The notes under the pieces: generated by a model
Databases searched by the model: none
What the model was told of the DNA's origin: nothing
Seen by the model: the letters and a program-made list of their open reading frames with translations, nothing else
Shown here: positions 49,529 through 58,673 of the stretch, piece after piece
Layout of the letters: each line of letters begins with the position of its first letter
Numbering within the stretch: position 1 is the stretch's first letter
IMG/VR virus record: IMGVR_UViG_2563366947_000002
Direction: 5' to 3' (one strand)
Source of the DNA: a virus
Taxonomy: Duplodnaviria > Heunggongvirae > Uroviricota > Caudoviricetes
Length of the DNA: 64,000 nucleotides
Position numbers and translations under genes: made by a program

Positions 49529-49965
49529 ATACGCTGGAAAATTGCGATGATGACCGTATTGAGGCTGTTAAGGCCGTTTTGCGTAGACTGGCTGGCAACT
49601 ATCCGGATATTCCGGATAGTTCGGTGCCAGCGCCAGGAAAGGGCGTCACCGGTGAACGTATCCGCATTAAGCCGCATGTTTATCGCGAACTGGTTAACCG
49701 TCTCCACGATACAGCGATCAAGTGTGCTGGCACCCAGCAATTACGAGAAAGAATTAGCCGTGTTTTGGGCGACGTTATTACGCCATATCATCATAAACAA
49801 GCCGAGAAAAGCGGTCTGGAAAGGTGTCATCTTGAGGCAGCATTAAACATTAAGCCGGGGCATACGCTTGGCATTATTGATGCACTATTGGTTCATAAGA
49901 TGGCCAGGGCTTTATTGCCGCTGGTGGCTGAAAAGCATGAGGCGGACCATGCCAACGAAAGCTGA
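49513..49965 (+). CDS. hypothetical protein sharing a domain with the C-terminus of the 42717 protein
   Basis: HVYRELVNRLHDTAIKCAGTQQLRERI vs HLYRELVDALRDVAIECHGTDQLRARL. Confidence 0.4.
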   Translation: MLDRIDTLENCDDDRIEAVKAVLRRLAGNYPDIPDSSVPAPGKGVTGERIRIKPHVYRELVNRLHDTAIKCAGTQQLRERISRVLGDVITPYHHKQAEKSGLERCHLEAALNIKPGHTLGIIDALLVHKMARALLPLVAEKHEADHANES

Positions 49966-50233
49966 ATTACAGGTGCGCGTAGATGAGCTTGAAAAAGAGA
50001 ACGCGAGCCTCAAAAAAATGCTGTCGCGGGCGGAAAGGGAATTATCAGGCAAATTATTGCCAGAAGAACTGCCACCAGCAGATATACCTGATCGAGTGTC
50101 CTGGTGGATGAAGTATTTCCGTGCACCGTGGGAGGCGTTTTGGTGCTACGACCATCGCAGATGGTGTGATGAACTTGATAGCAGTTTTCCCTACTTTGCG
50201 GAAGGGAACACCTGCCCTCAATGCAGGGGATAG
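49937..50233 (+). CDS. hypothetical coiled-coil protein with C-terminal CPQC
   Basis: Start uncertain (ORF track 49868; internal ATGs at 49937 and 49949). Confidence 0.3.
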   Translation: MRRTMPTKAELQVRVDELEKENASLKKMLSRAERELSGKLLPEELPPADIPDRVSWWMKYFRAPWEAFWCYDHRRWCDELDSSFPYFAEGNTCPQCRG

Positions 50234-50568
50234 CATTTGACGAAATCGATCACCCTATCCTGAACTTCAGAAAGAAGGTCTTTTTCACGCGCCAGGACGT
50301 CAGGATATTGACGTTCTGGCCTTACTAGATGCCGGAGCTTCCCATTAAGCAGAATGGCCTCAGAAAACACTTTTACGCTGTGCTTTATCCCCTCTGTTTC
50401 ACTTTTCAGCGTCAAAATAAAGCGCAATTGCTTATTAGCCTGATTCAGATTCAATACACGAATTTGCAGTTCGTCTATGCTGTTTCGCAATGGGATTGAT
50501 GCCACCACACTGGTGCAGTCTCTGATTGTCTGAATTGAACGGCTAACATTGAGAACGTTATTGTGCAT
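50218..50568 (-). CDS. hypothetical protein
   Basis: 116-aa ORF convergent with the upstream operon. Confidence 0.4.
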   Translation of the reverse strand: MHNNVLNVSRSIQTIRDCTSVVASIPLRNSIDELQIRVLNLNQANKQLRFILTLKSETEGIKHSVKVFSEAILLNGKLRHLVRPERQYPDVLAREKDLLSEVQDRVIDFVKCYPLH

Positions 50569-50720
50569 GTGCCTGATCCACTAACTCCTGGAGGTTTCTT
50601 GTGTCAGATCGAAATATAGCAGCTAAAAGCCAGGAAGAGCGAGACAAGGTGAACGTAGACCTTGCCGCCAGCGGCGTTGCTTACAAACCCCGCTTTCACA
50701 AACTATGCCTTTTCAATGTA

Positions 50721-50740
50721 TACTGTATGAATAAACAGTA
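50721..50740 (+). promoter_or_regulatory. LexA (SOS) box TACTGTATGAATAAACAGTA
   Basis: CTGT-N8-ACAG palindrome, about 20 bp upstream of humD. Confidence 0.65.
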
Positions 50741-50758
50741 TCATTGAGGTAAAACGCT

Positions 50759-51148
50759 ATGGGCTTCCCTTCTCCTGCGGCGGATTATGTTGAAAGCCGA
50801 ATTTCTCTTGATCAGCAACTAATTAGACATCCATCAGCAACCTACTTCATGCGGGCAGCTGATAGCCATCACCGTGAGGGAATATTGCAGGGTGCTTTGC
50901 TGGTGGTTGATTCCTCACTTACTCCGGTTGATGGCTCACTGCTTATATGCGCTATGGAGGGGGAATATCGCGTAAAAAGATACCGGAAGTATCCGCGCCA
51001 GCACCTGGAGGATTTAAGCACCGGGAAGAAAGAGGCGTTACCAGTAGATGACGATGGTTACACGGGTAGTAATGCTGTTTTTGGTGTGATCACTCATGTC
51101 ATCAATGATGCCCGGAGTGGGGAGTTTGATGATTGTCCGGTCATTTAA
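50759..51148 (+). CDS. humD: UmuD-like SOS mutagenesis protein homolog (P1 HumD)
   Basis: 129-aa UmuD-prime-like sequence without the cleavable N-terminus, as I recall for P1 HumD. Confidence 0.75.
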   Translation: MGFPSPAADYVESRISLDQQLIRHPSATYFMRAADSHHREGILQGALLVVDSSLTPVDGSLLICAMEGEYRVKRYRKYPRQHLEDLSTGKKEALPVDDDGYTGSNAVFGVITHVINDARSGEFDDCPVI

Positions 51149-51220
51149 GCTGCAAAGTGCTGGTGCTTTATGCCTGTGAAGTTTATAATTGTGTACACAT
51201 AACGAGTACACGAGGTGTTT

Positions 51221-51442
51221 ATGCAATCCATTAACTTCCGTACCGCGCGCGGCAACCTTTCTGAAGTGCTCAACAATGTTGAAGCCGGGGAAGAGGTTGA
51301 AATCACCCGCAGAGGCCGTGAGCCAGCAGTAATTGTTAGCAAGGCTACTTTTGAAGCCTACAAAAAAGCGGCGCTGGATGCCGAATTTGCATCCCTGTTT
51401 GACACCCTGGACTCCACCAACAAGGAACTGGTTAACCGATAA
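51221..51442 (+). CDS. phd: Phd antitoxin
   Basis: Translation from the ATG at 51221 matches P1 Phd as I recall it. Confidence 0.9.
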
Positions 51443-51822
51443 TGAGGCATATATCACCGGAAGAACTTATTGCGCTTCATGATGCGAATATAAGCCGCTA
51501 CGGTGGCCTGCCGGGAATGTCAGATCCGGGTAGGGCAGAGGCCATTATCGGGAGAGTTCAGGCCAGAGTTGCCTACGAAGAGATCAGCGACCTTTTCGAA
51601 GTCTCCGCCACCTACTTGGTGGCTACAGCGAGAGGGCATATATTCAATGATGCCAATAAGCGTACCGCGCTAAACAGTGCGCTGCTATTTCTACGCCGTA
51701 ACGGGGTTCAGGTATTTGATTCACCTGAACTGGCAGACCTTACTGTAGGCGCTGCGACTGGCGAGATATCTGTATCTTCTGTCGCCGACACGTTACGTAG
51801 ATTGTATGGTTCTGCGGAGTAG
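51442..51822 (+). CDS. doc: Doc toxin (Fic-fold kinase)
   Basis: 126-aa translation matches P1 Doc as I recall it; ATGA-type overlap with phd. Confidence 0.9.
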
Positions 51823-51826
51823 ATTA

Positions 51827-52024
51827 ATGGCACGTAAATACAACAAGTTGTCCCGTGAAGCGTTAAAGATGCTTCTTGATGGCGTGAGTCGCCGCGAGGT
51901 AAAGCAATACCTGGTTGGTAAGCAAATTGGTGCCAGGACCGCTATTGCTGTGTTATGCCGTCAGGAAATGGTTGTGCTTAAACAGAGAATGCTTGGTAGC
52001 AGACAAAGTGCTTCCAGTATTTGA
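51827..52024 (+). CDS. small hypothetical protein (post-doc position)
   Basis: GGAG RBS before the ATG at 51827. Confidence 0.35.
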   Translation: MARKYNKLSREALKMLLDGVSRREVKQYLVGKQIGARTAIAVLCRQEMVVLKQRMLGSRQSASSI

Positions 52025-52056
52025 AAAGAAGCCCGCCATACCAAGCGGGCTTTTTG

Positions 52057-52833
52057 TTATTCCACCTCTTCTGCCGCTGTATCATTGGACTGTTCTTCTT
52101 TGGCCCGTTCTGCAATCGCCGCACGGCATTTCGCCCTGGCTGTAGCGATTGCTTCTGCTCGCACATCGTCTGGAATCGTTGACGTGATATACATATCCAG
52201 TTCTTCGGCACGGAATACTGTTTGGTCCAGATATTCGCGTAGCATCCAGGTAAATTCGAAATCACACGCGATAATCTCTGCGCCACATTCTGCACCATTT
52301 GGGAAATGAATAAATGCCTGTTTAGCCAAACCGATAACACGACATGCGGTTGCCAAAACAGCGACAACCAGGTTTACATTTTCACACGCTACGGGCTGAT
52401 TAACGCCGGAGATTACTCCATTTAACTGTCGGTTATATGGAAGGTAGTTTGAGATGCGTTCTACGCGCCATGTGCCAGTCAGGCTGCCATTCTTAAAGAT
52501 AATTGGTGTAACGGATAGCCCAAGCTCGCGTATAAGTCGTTGCGCTATAGCAGGATCATTAAACATGTCTAATGCTACACATTCGAAAGACTGTGCAAGG
52601 GTAAACAGTTCTTCCAGAGAGTAGTCTTTGCCCCTGGCGGTGATGTAACGATGAACGCCGCTTTCTGCATCGCTCCATATAGCTACGCCATGCTCTTCAT
52701 TCAGTTCTTCATTAAAGCCGAGATATGTCATGATAGTGCGTTCAATCGTGTCAAACGGCAGTGACATGTCGGCGTTAACAGCCACCAGCAGGCCATTACG
52801 CAAGCGGTATTGAATTGCTTTAGTATTTTCCAC
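52057..52833 (-). CDS. hypothetical protein
   Basis: 258-aa ORF. Confidence 0.4.
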   Translation of the reverse strand: MENTKAIQYRLRNGLLVAVNADMSLPFDTIERTIMTYLGFNEELNEEHGVAIWSDAESGVHRYITARGKDYSLEELFTLAQSFECVALDMFNDPAIAQRLIRELGLSVTPIIFKNGSLTGTWRVERISNYLPYNRQLNGVISGVNQPVACENVNLVVAVLATACRVIGLAKQAFIHFPNGAECGAEIIACDFEFTWMLREYLDQTVFRAEELDMYITSTIPDDVRAEAIATARAKCRAAIAERAKEEQSNDTAAEEVE

Positions 52834-52839
52834 GTTAAA

Positions 52840-53280
52840 TCACTCCACCACAAACCAGTCACATGCCAGTAAGTCGCCTACAGAAGGAACCCACGGAACA
52901 ACTACACCTTGTGCATTTTTTAAGGCGAAATAAGCACCATACGGAACGAGGTCGCCGGGGAAATATCCCTTAATGGCTTCCATTCGTGCCGGGTACTGTC
53001 CTTCAGGAACCAGCCAGCAGAATTGGTTTTCGCCGTTCCACCCGCGTCGAGCAACTTTCTTGCCATCCTTCAGCCACATCAGCGCGTCAGAAAAGTCGGC
53101 TGCTTCAAGGTCGATTTCTTCTTGCTGGGTGGTGATGCCACCAGCAGAAATAGTTACGCTCCCGGTAAGATTAATCATCACGCCGTTGTCATCCGTAATG
53201 ATGACCGTGGTTCCATTTTTTTTGTGAGCTTTGTATTTTGGAAGGAACTTAAAAAGCTCTTTCGTTGCCATGTTATTCAT
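52840..53280 (-). CDS. hypothetical protein (DUF2829-like C-terminus)
   Basis: C-terminal PWVPSVGDLLACDWFVV motif. Confidence 0.4.
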   Translation of the reverse strand: MNNMATKELFKFLPKYKAHKKNGTTVIITDDNGVMINLTGSVTISAGGITTQQEEIDLEAADFSDALMWLKDGKKVARRGWNGENQFCWLVPEGQYPARMEAIKGYFPGDLVPYGAYFALKNAQGVVVPWVPSVGDLLACDWFVVE

Positions 53281-53294
53281 AGTCTTTTCTCTGC

Positions 53295-53789
53295 TTATAA
53301 CTTTTCGTACTGAAGCGGTGAACGCTTAATTTCAAAGTGGCCTTCCGATGTGCTACCAAAGCCACCATCACCACGTTCCGTTTCGTTGAGTTCCTCAACC
53401 TCGACTAGTGAGACTTGTTCAACACGCTCAAAAATTCCTTGCATGACAGCCATTCCAGGCTTGAGACAAACGCCTTCCCCGCCGGGATCAGTAATCAGTT
53501 TTGCCATGATTTCGCCGCGATAATCGGAGTCGATAATTCCTACGCAGTTAGCCAGGCGAGTATGTTTTTTGCAGCCCAATCCGGATCGCGGATAGAGTTT
53601 CAGACACCAGCCGGGCGGGATCTCCATAGCCAATCCGGTGTACACCCACCAGCTTGAGGAAATTGCACCATTGCTATCGACACATGGTTTTATTTCAACA
53701 GCCTCAAAATCCATCGCCGCCGATCCGGAGGTGGCATAAGCTGGAAGTTTTGCTGCCGGATGTAGGCGTTTCACTTTTACGTAAATCAT
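53295..53789 (-). CDS. dut: dUTPase
   Basis: Classic dUTPase motifs GIIDSDYRGEI and RGDGGFGSTS. Confidence 0.8.
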   Translation of the reverse strand: MIYVKVKRLHPAAKLPAYATSGSAAMDFEAVEIKPCVDSNGAISSSWWVYTGLAMEIPPGWCLKLYPRSGLGCKKHTRLANCVGIIDSDYRGEIMAKLITDPGGEGVCLKPGMAVMQGIFERVEQVSLVEVEELNETERGDGGFGSTSEGHFEIKRSPLQYEKL

Positions 53790-54262
53790 TGTTTTTTAGC
53801 TCTCTGCGTGAAGGTGTAAACCCGACGTTTGATATGTGGAACGGTTGGAACAGGAAGACAGGAACTTTCAATAACTCCTTGCTCCTCCAGCGATCGCACC
53901 GCCCGCAAGAACTGCGACGTGTCGCCGCCAAACTGGCGGGCATAGGTGCTGCCGTTATGAAGTATTTGAGCTATTACCCGAGCTTTTGTCTGGCTGTCAC
54001 GATATGCGAATAGCCGCACGGCCTCTTCTGGCGCAATCGATAACTGATAGCCTTTACCGGCACGGTGTCGAATGAATCCATGCGCCAGTAGGTTTTTGAG
54101 TTCGTTACGAGTGCGAACAGATCCGTAATCCAGGAAGTGTGGATTGATAACGACTGGCTTAAACCATTCCGTAGGTGCTTTAGCTAATAGAGCTAACAGC
54201 TTCCCGGACAATCCTGGATAGGAAGACGGGTAACAATTCAGAGATGGGTAATAAGTTTTCAC
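53786..54262 (-). CDS. hypothetical protein
   Basis: 158-aa ORF coupled to dut. Confidence 0.4.
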   Translation of the reverse strand: MKTYYPSLNCYPSSYPGLSGKLLALLAKAPTEWFKPVVINPHFLDYGSVRTRNELKNLLAHGFIRHRAGKGYQLSIAPEEAVRLFAYRDSQTKARVIAQILHNGSTYARQFGGDTSQFLRAVRSLEEQGVIESSCLPVPTVPHIKRRVYTFTQRAKKQ

Positions 54263-54615
54263 CGACGCCCCCTTGCCGGATATCGACCTGCATTAGTATC
54301 CGGTGCAATAAAGCCGGTAGTGGGGCGAGTGAAAGCGAGATTAATCTTCTCGACCATAGTGCGATAATTTTCCTGATAGTGGGCCAGGAGTTTTTCGGCG
54401 GCAATGATGGTTACTTTCCGGACGTAGCTTTCTGCTTCCTCCAGATTTCGCCAGTTTTTTTCGAGGGTAAACACAGGGACGGCCTCAAGCCCGGTCATGA
54501 TGCCGAATACAACGACAGCATGACTGTTCTTAACACCAGCGGCGAAGGTTACGGTGTAACCATCCACCGTGAAGCGTCTTGATTCCGTGATTTGACTCTG
54601 CAAAGCACCCTCCAA
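54259..54615 (-). CDS. hypothetical protein
   Basis: 118-aa ORF. Confidence 0.4.
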   Translation of the reverse strand: MEGALQSQITESRRFTVDGYTVTFAAGVKNSHAVVVFGIMTGLEAVPVFTLEKNWRNLEEAESYVRKVTIIAAEKLLAHYQENYRTMVEKINLAFTRPTTGFIAPDTNAGRYPARGRR

Positions 54616-54656
54616 AATAGGCGAGGGTACTTTACAGCAAAGATATCAATCTAAAA

Positions 54657-54674
54657 AGATGTGTTAGAAATTTA
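54657..54674. promoter_or_regulatory. C1-type operator-like motif (GATGTGTTAGAAATTT)
   Basis: Motif family member upstream of the 54615 operon. Confidence 0.35.
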
Positions 54675-54676
54675 AT

Positions 54677-55705
54677 TTATGAATCCATCAAGCGGCTATT
54701 AGCCCCCACAGACACACCGCCACGGCGCAGATACCGCATAAGTGTTTCCGGTTTCTTCCAGGTTCCTTCCTGCATAATCTCCACCATAGACACCTGCTTT
54801 TCAGCCATATCGATAGCGGCCCCGACACGAGCACTATGCCCGGTCCACGTCCGGTATCTCCCTTTGTTTGGCGTGGCATCCCTTTTATTCAGCAACACCC
54901 AGGCGTCGCTGAATATTTTCTCCATTGCAGGTGCAGTAAGGGGCGTTGTCGTAATCCTGGCCTTATTGCTACGGTGTATCGGCGGGAACAGCACCGCGTC
55001 AGGATGTTCACGAAGCCCGGAAACATCCAGCCAGTCATTCAGCACAGCAGTAGTGCGACGGGAAAGCACCTTATCAAGCCCGGCGGCGGTCGTTATTGTC
55101 TTCGTGTGTGAAATATGTAGCGTGACAGTGTCACCTGTTTGGTCCAGATCTCCTACACGAATACGCGAGATTTCCGACATACGCATCAGCGTATTGTATG
55201 CAACAAAGAGAAAAGCCCGGTTGCGCAGGTCCACCAGCCGTTCTGACCTGGACAACAGGACGTCGAGCAGTTTCAGGTCGTCCCATCGCAGCGGTATAGC
55301 CTGGCCTGTTCGTTCGCCTTTTTCCGTTGCCGCTTCGCGCCGGATACGCCGCATAGCCAGAGAAACACTTTTATCATCCGAAAGTGGCGGAAGGCCACAA
55401 TGAGAAAGCAGCATGTTAAGCATGGCGTAGTGCTTATCAATGGTGGTCGAAGCCAGATCGGCATCATGCAACTGAAGAAAATACTCGCGGGCCATTTCTG
55501 GTGAGATCGGAAACCAGGCAAGCTGGCGAGCGTGACACCAGCGCGCCCAGGAATGAAACACCAACCGGAGGTCGCGCAGAGTATTCGGCGCATAAGCACC
55601 CTGATCATTCATGAACCGCATAAAGTTTTCTGCGGCTTCCTGGTACTCTTTGCCAATGTTGCGCAGAAAACCACCGGAACTGCCAGAGATAATTAATTCA
55701 CTCAT
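54677..55705 (-). CDS. dre: Cre-family tyrosine site-specific recombinase (Dre-like)
   Basis: 342 aa, alignable with P1 Cre along its length (LVMRRIRKE vs LAMRRIRRE, SGHSARVGAA conserved); begins MSELIISGSSGGFLRN as I recall for phage D6 Dre. Confidence 0.9.
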   Translation of the reverse strand: MSELIISGSSGGFLRNIGKEYQEAAENFMRFMNDQGAYAPNTLRDLRLVFHSWARWCHARQLAWFPISPEMAREYFLQLHDADLASTTIDKHYAMLNMLLSHCGLPPLSDDKSVSLAMRRIRREAATEKGERTGQAIPLRWDDLKLLDVLLSRSERLVDLRNRAFLFVAYNTLMRMSEISRIRVGDLDQTGDTVTLHISHTKTITTAAGLDKVLSRRTTAVLNDWLDVSGLREHPDAVLFPPIHRSNKARITTTPLTAPAMEKIFSDAWVLLNKRDATPNKGRYRTWTGHSARVGAAIDMAEKQVSMVEIMQEGTWKKPETLMRYLRRGGVSVGANSRLMDS

Positions 55706-55857
55706 GAAACCATTTCACCTCTATATACAGATGACGCTACGCGAAAAATATAAAAATGACAGGGTAGCTATAAGTTAATTTTCAAAATACAAGCCTTTGA
55801 TTGGAGGCACGTATTTTCAGTGATGTCAATACTGTTCATCTACACATGATTATAGCC

Positions 55858-55889
55858 TAACTTTAAATAATGCCAATTATTTAAAGTTA
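55858..55889. other. rox-type recombination site: 14-bp inverted repeats TAACTTTAAATAAT / ATTATTTAAAGTTA around GCCA
   Basis: Perfect 32-bp palindrome with asymmetric 4-bp spacer, about 150 bp upstream of the recombinase start. Confidence 0.85.
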
Positions 55890-55988
55890 TAAAATGCCGA
55901 TTTTTTTTAATCCATCATAGATTGATGATGACCAGTAACACGTTGCCTTCATGGTCTTTAATTAGCGAAGTGTGGTTTCTACGGTTGG

Positions 55989-56087
55989 TTTTCTAAAATT
56001 GATGACAAAAAATCACAGTTCGATCCTTTACTCACTCTGTTATTCGACATAAATTTGTCATAGTAATTTTATGTTAGAAAACTAAAT
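55989..56087. promoter_or_regulatory. two C1-type operator-like motifs upstream of the 56100 gene
   Basis: TTTTCTAAAATTG (55989-56001) and ATGTTAGAAAACTA (56070-56083). Confidence 0.4.
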
Positions 56088-56099
56088 CGAGTAGGAATA

Positions 56100-57137
56100 A
56101 TGAGTAAGAAGTCGATCGAGAAAGAGTACAAACGGTTCCTGCAAACCGCTGAACGGTGGAAAGAGCTGGTGGTCGCAAACTCTGTTTTCCATGATACCAG
56201 TTATGCTGGCGAGGAATTCCGCCATGTTGCATTAACGCATGACCAAAACATATTAGAAGAAGCTGAAAAATGTCTTGCTGAATGGAAAGCCTTCGTTGAC
56301 ATGTGCCGCGATGCCGACGGCAAAGCGTCGAACATTGTTGAGTCTGTATATTCTCCGATCCCATTCATCATTGAGGACACCAATCAAAGCACGCATGTCG
56401 TTGTGCAAAGCGCTACAACAACACGTACATTTACACGTGAACAATTGCTAAAAAAATACGACAAAATCATAAAGAAAAGCCTGAAAAATAGGGTTTTTTC
56501 TCAAATCGTAGGTGCTCTTGAAGAAGAACAGCGCTTCTTTGAAGCTGAGCCTGAAGGCGAGATCTACCGGGCGCGTAAAGAGGCATATACAGATGTTGTG
56601 CTGACAACAAACATCGAAGGCAGCAATGCCCTTTCTCGCTTTAGAGTTGGCGCACATGGCGCATTGGTTTTCGCAAGACAACCGAAGACAACGATCCCCG
56701 TTGTCAATAATGTTGGTGAACGCCGGAGCATTACAATTTATTCTGGCGTCGAATCGGTACCTTGCAGCCTTCTCGGCGATTTTAACTTATATCGTGTTCG
56801 TGACCTGGAAAAACACCAGCCAAGCTACGTTGCGAAGTCGTACATCTTAAGGAACATCGATATTCGCAATGAAAGCCTTAAGCAGAAATCCGCTAAGATG
56901 CTGGAGGATGCCGATCCGGCTATTCGCCATATCATTGAGCGTAAGATACGTACATCACGTGAAGCAATGGCAAGGCTGGATAAAATGGATCTGGAATTGT
57001 TAGACGTAATGATGGCCTCTGGAGACGACCTGACCGGCATTAAACTGAATGAAGCTCGTAAAAAATACGGCAAAGCAATCGAAGAACGTTACGGATACAC
57101 ATTCCCCCAAACGCAGTACGCCGCGAAGCTCTGGTAA
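56100..57137 (+). CDS. hypothetical protein; possible immunity repressor by position (P1 c1/coi slot)
   Basis: 345-aa ORF divergent from the recombinase across rox, convergent with pacB, preceded by two operator-like motifs; no HTH recognised. Confidence 0.4.
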   Translation: MSKKSIEKEYKRFLQTAERWKELVVANSVFHDTSYAGEEFRHVALTHDQNILEEAEKCLAEWKAFVDMCRDADGKASNIVESVYSPIPFIIEDTNQSTHVVVQSATTTRTFTREQLLKKYDKIIKKSLKNRVFSQIVGALEEEQRFFEAEPEGEIYRARKEAYTDVVLTTNIEGSNALSRFRVGAHGALVFARQPKTTIPVVNNVGERRSITIYSGVESVPCSLLGDFNLYRVRDLEKHQPSYVAKSYILRNIDIRNESLKQKSAKMLEDADPAIRHIIERKIRTSREAMARLDKMDLELLDVMMASGDDLTGIKLNEARKKYGKAIEERYGYTFPQTQYAAKLW

Positions 57138-57164
57138 TCACAACCGGCCCCGCATCGCGGGGCT

Positions 57165-58673
57165 TTATATATCCAGATCCGGCATTTCGATATCCGCCAG
57201 AACCTGATCTCGGAAAGTTGCCATTTCGGCACCAATATCTTCATTAGCAGGCACATAGTCCACCAGCATAGTGAAGCAGTAGGTATCCCATCGGTCAGGC
57301 GATTTGATGTTTAGCTTTTGCCGCATGTGCTCTTTGCGCATCATCGCCATTTTCCCTTCTTCATTCAGTAAAAAGGGGATTTTTGACGCTTGCTCTGCCG
57401 TTTTAGGGTCACTGTCTATCCGCATACGCCCTGACTTTATGGCATCACGCGCCATAATATTTGCGTAGGCACGCTGATTAACAAATCGCTCCCTGTCTTT
57501 GTTCGCAAACATGGGTTTTCCCCACCGAATACGTACCGGGTTCGCACCACGACGCACCAACTGCGCACACGTATCAGAACCAAAACCATCAGCATCAACC
57601 GCGATTGTTATATTCGGGTATTTTTCCGGCGTACATTCGTTATATATGAAGTCAGCAAAGGCCAATGGGTCCATAGTGCCAGGCATCTCCATTACCTTAA
57701 AGTTAACAACGCGCCGCTTATCCCTGTGACCTGATACCTTGCAGATGTTGAGGACCGACTTATCTCGCCCATTACCAACGTCAGCCGTTGCCACCCATCC
57801 CCAGTTTTTCTCCAACAACACCTTGCGGCGAGCAGCGCGATCGCATTCATCACGACCAAGCAAATAGCCGTTAATTTCTCGTGGGAACTGACCAAGCACC
57901 TTGACCATGTACTCAATAGAATCGCGCCCGCCATATTCCAGAAGCTTCTGCTTGATGAATTGTGGTGTGACGAACGGTGATTCTTCCGAGTTAAGAACAA
58001 TTGCTGTCCAGATCCCTTTCGGGTTGTCTGGGGTTTTTGCTTGAGAATGGTGCGAATCGTAGAAATAACCACTTGGCCTTGTTGGCTGGGATAGCATCAA
58101 CATCCGGTTATCTTCTTCAGTAAGAGCACCGGTCATTACGCCGATCGCCTTATCAGATATACCAGATGCTTCATCCAGAATTAGAAGCAAATGTGCCGCG
58201 TGTTCCCCCGCCAGCGCTTCTTCGTTGCCGAGTCGATAACCTTTGCAGAGAACTTCCCAAATCCCCTTACGGGAGCGCTCATAAAACATGGTGTCAGAGA
58301 GGACAAAATAGGTCTGCAACCACCCATGACGCTTAACTGCATTCGCCCAATACTGTTTAACGTATTTGAATACGCCTGTTTTTACCTGGCCTATCTTGTT
58401 AGCAACAATGATGACACGGGCATCGGGGAACAGGATCATGAAAATCAACAGCAACATCGCGGTAAGGGACGACTTCCCCGTTCCGTGTCCGGACGTGACG
58501 GTCGTCCTACTCCCCGTTTCCTGCACGGACTGAATGATCTGCTGCTGCTGGTGGGAGGGGAACATCCCAAAAATATCGACAACAGCTTGGGTAAAGTTGT
58601 AGCGGTATTTGATTACCATATCGCGCCAGCGTGGATCGCTGGTGACGCATTTAATCTTGCGCCCTCCAGCCAT
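57165..58673 (-). CDS. pacB: terminase large subunit (PacB-like)
   Basis: Walker A TSGHGTGKSS and Walker B LLLILDEAS; 502 aa. Confidence 0.8.
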   Translation of the reverse strand: MAGGRKIKCVTSDPRWRDMVIKYRYNFTQAVVDIFGMFPSHQQQQIIQSVQETGSRTTVTSGHGTGKSSLTAMLLLIFMILFPDARVIIVANKIGQVKTGVFKYVKQYWANAVKRHGWLQTYFVLSDTMFYERSRKGIWEVLCKGYRLGNEEALAGEHAAHLLLILDEASGISDKAIGVMTGALTEEDNRMLMLSQPTRPSGYFYDSHHSQAKTPDNPKGIWTAIVLNSEESPFVTPQFIKQKLLEYGGRDSIEYMVKVLGQFPREINGYLLGRDECDRAARRKVLLEKNWGWVATADVGNGRDKSVLNICKVSGHRDKRRVVNFKVMEMPGTMDPLAFADFIYNECTPEKYPNITIAVDADGFGSDTCAQLVRRGANPVRIRWGKPMFANKDRERFVNQRAYANIMARDAIKSGRMRIDSDPKTAEQASKIPFLLNEEGKMAMMRKEHMRQKLNIKSPDRWDTYCFTMLVDYVPANEDIGAEMATFRDQVLADIEMPDLDI

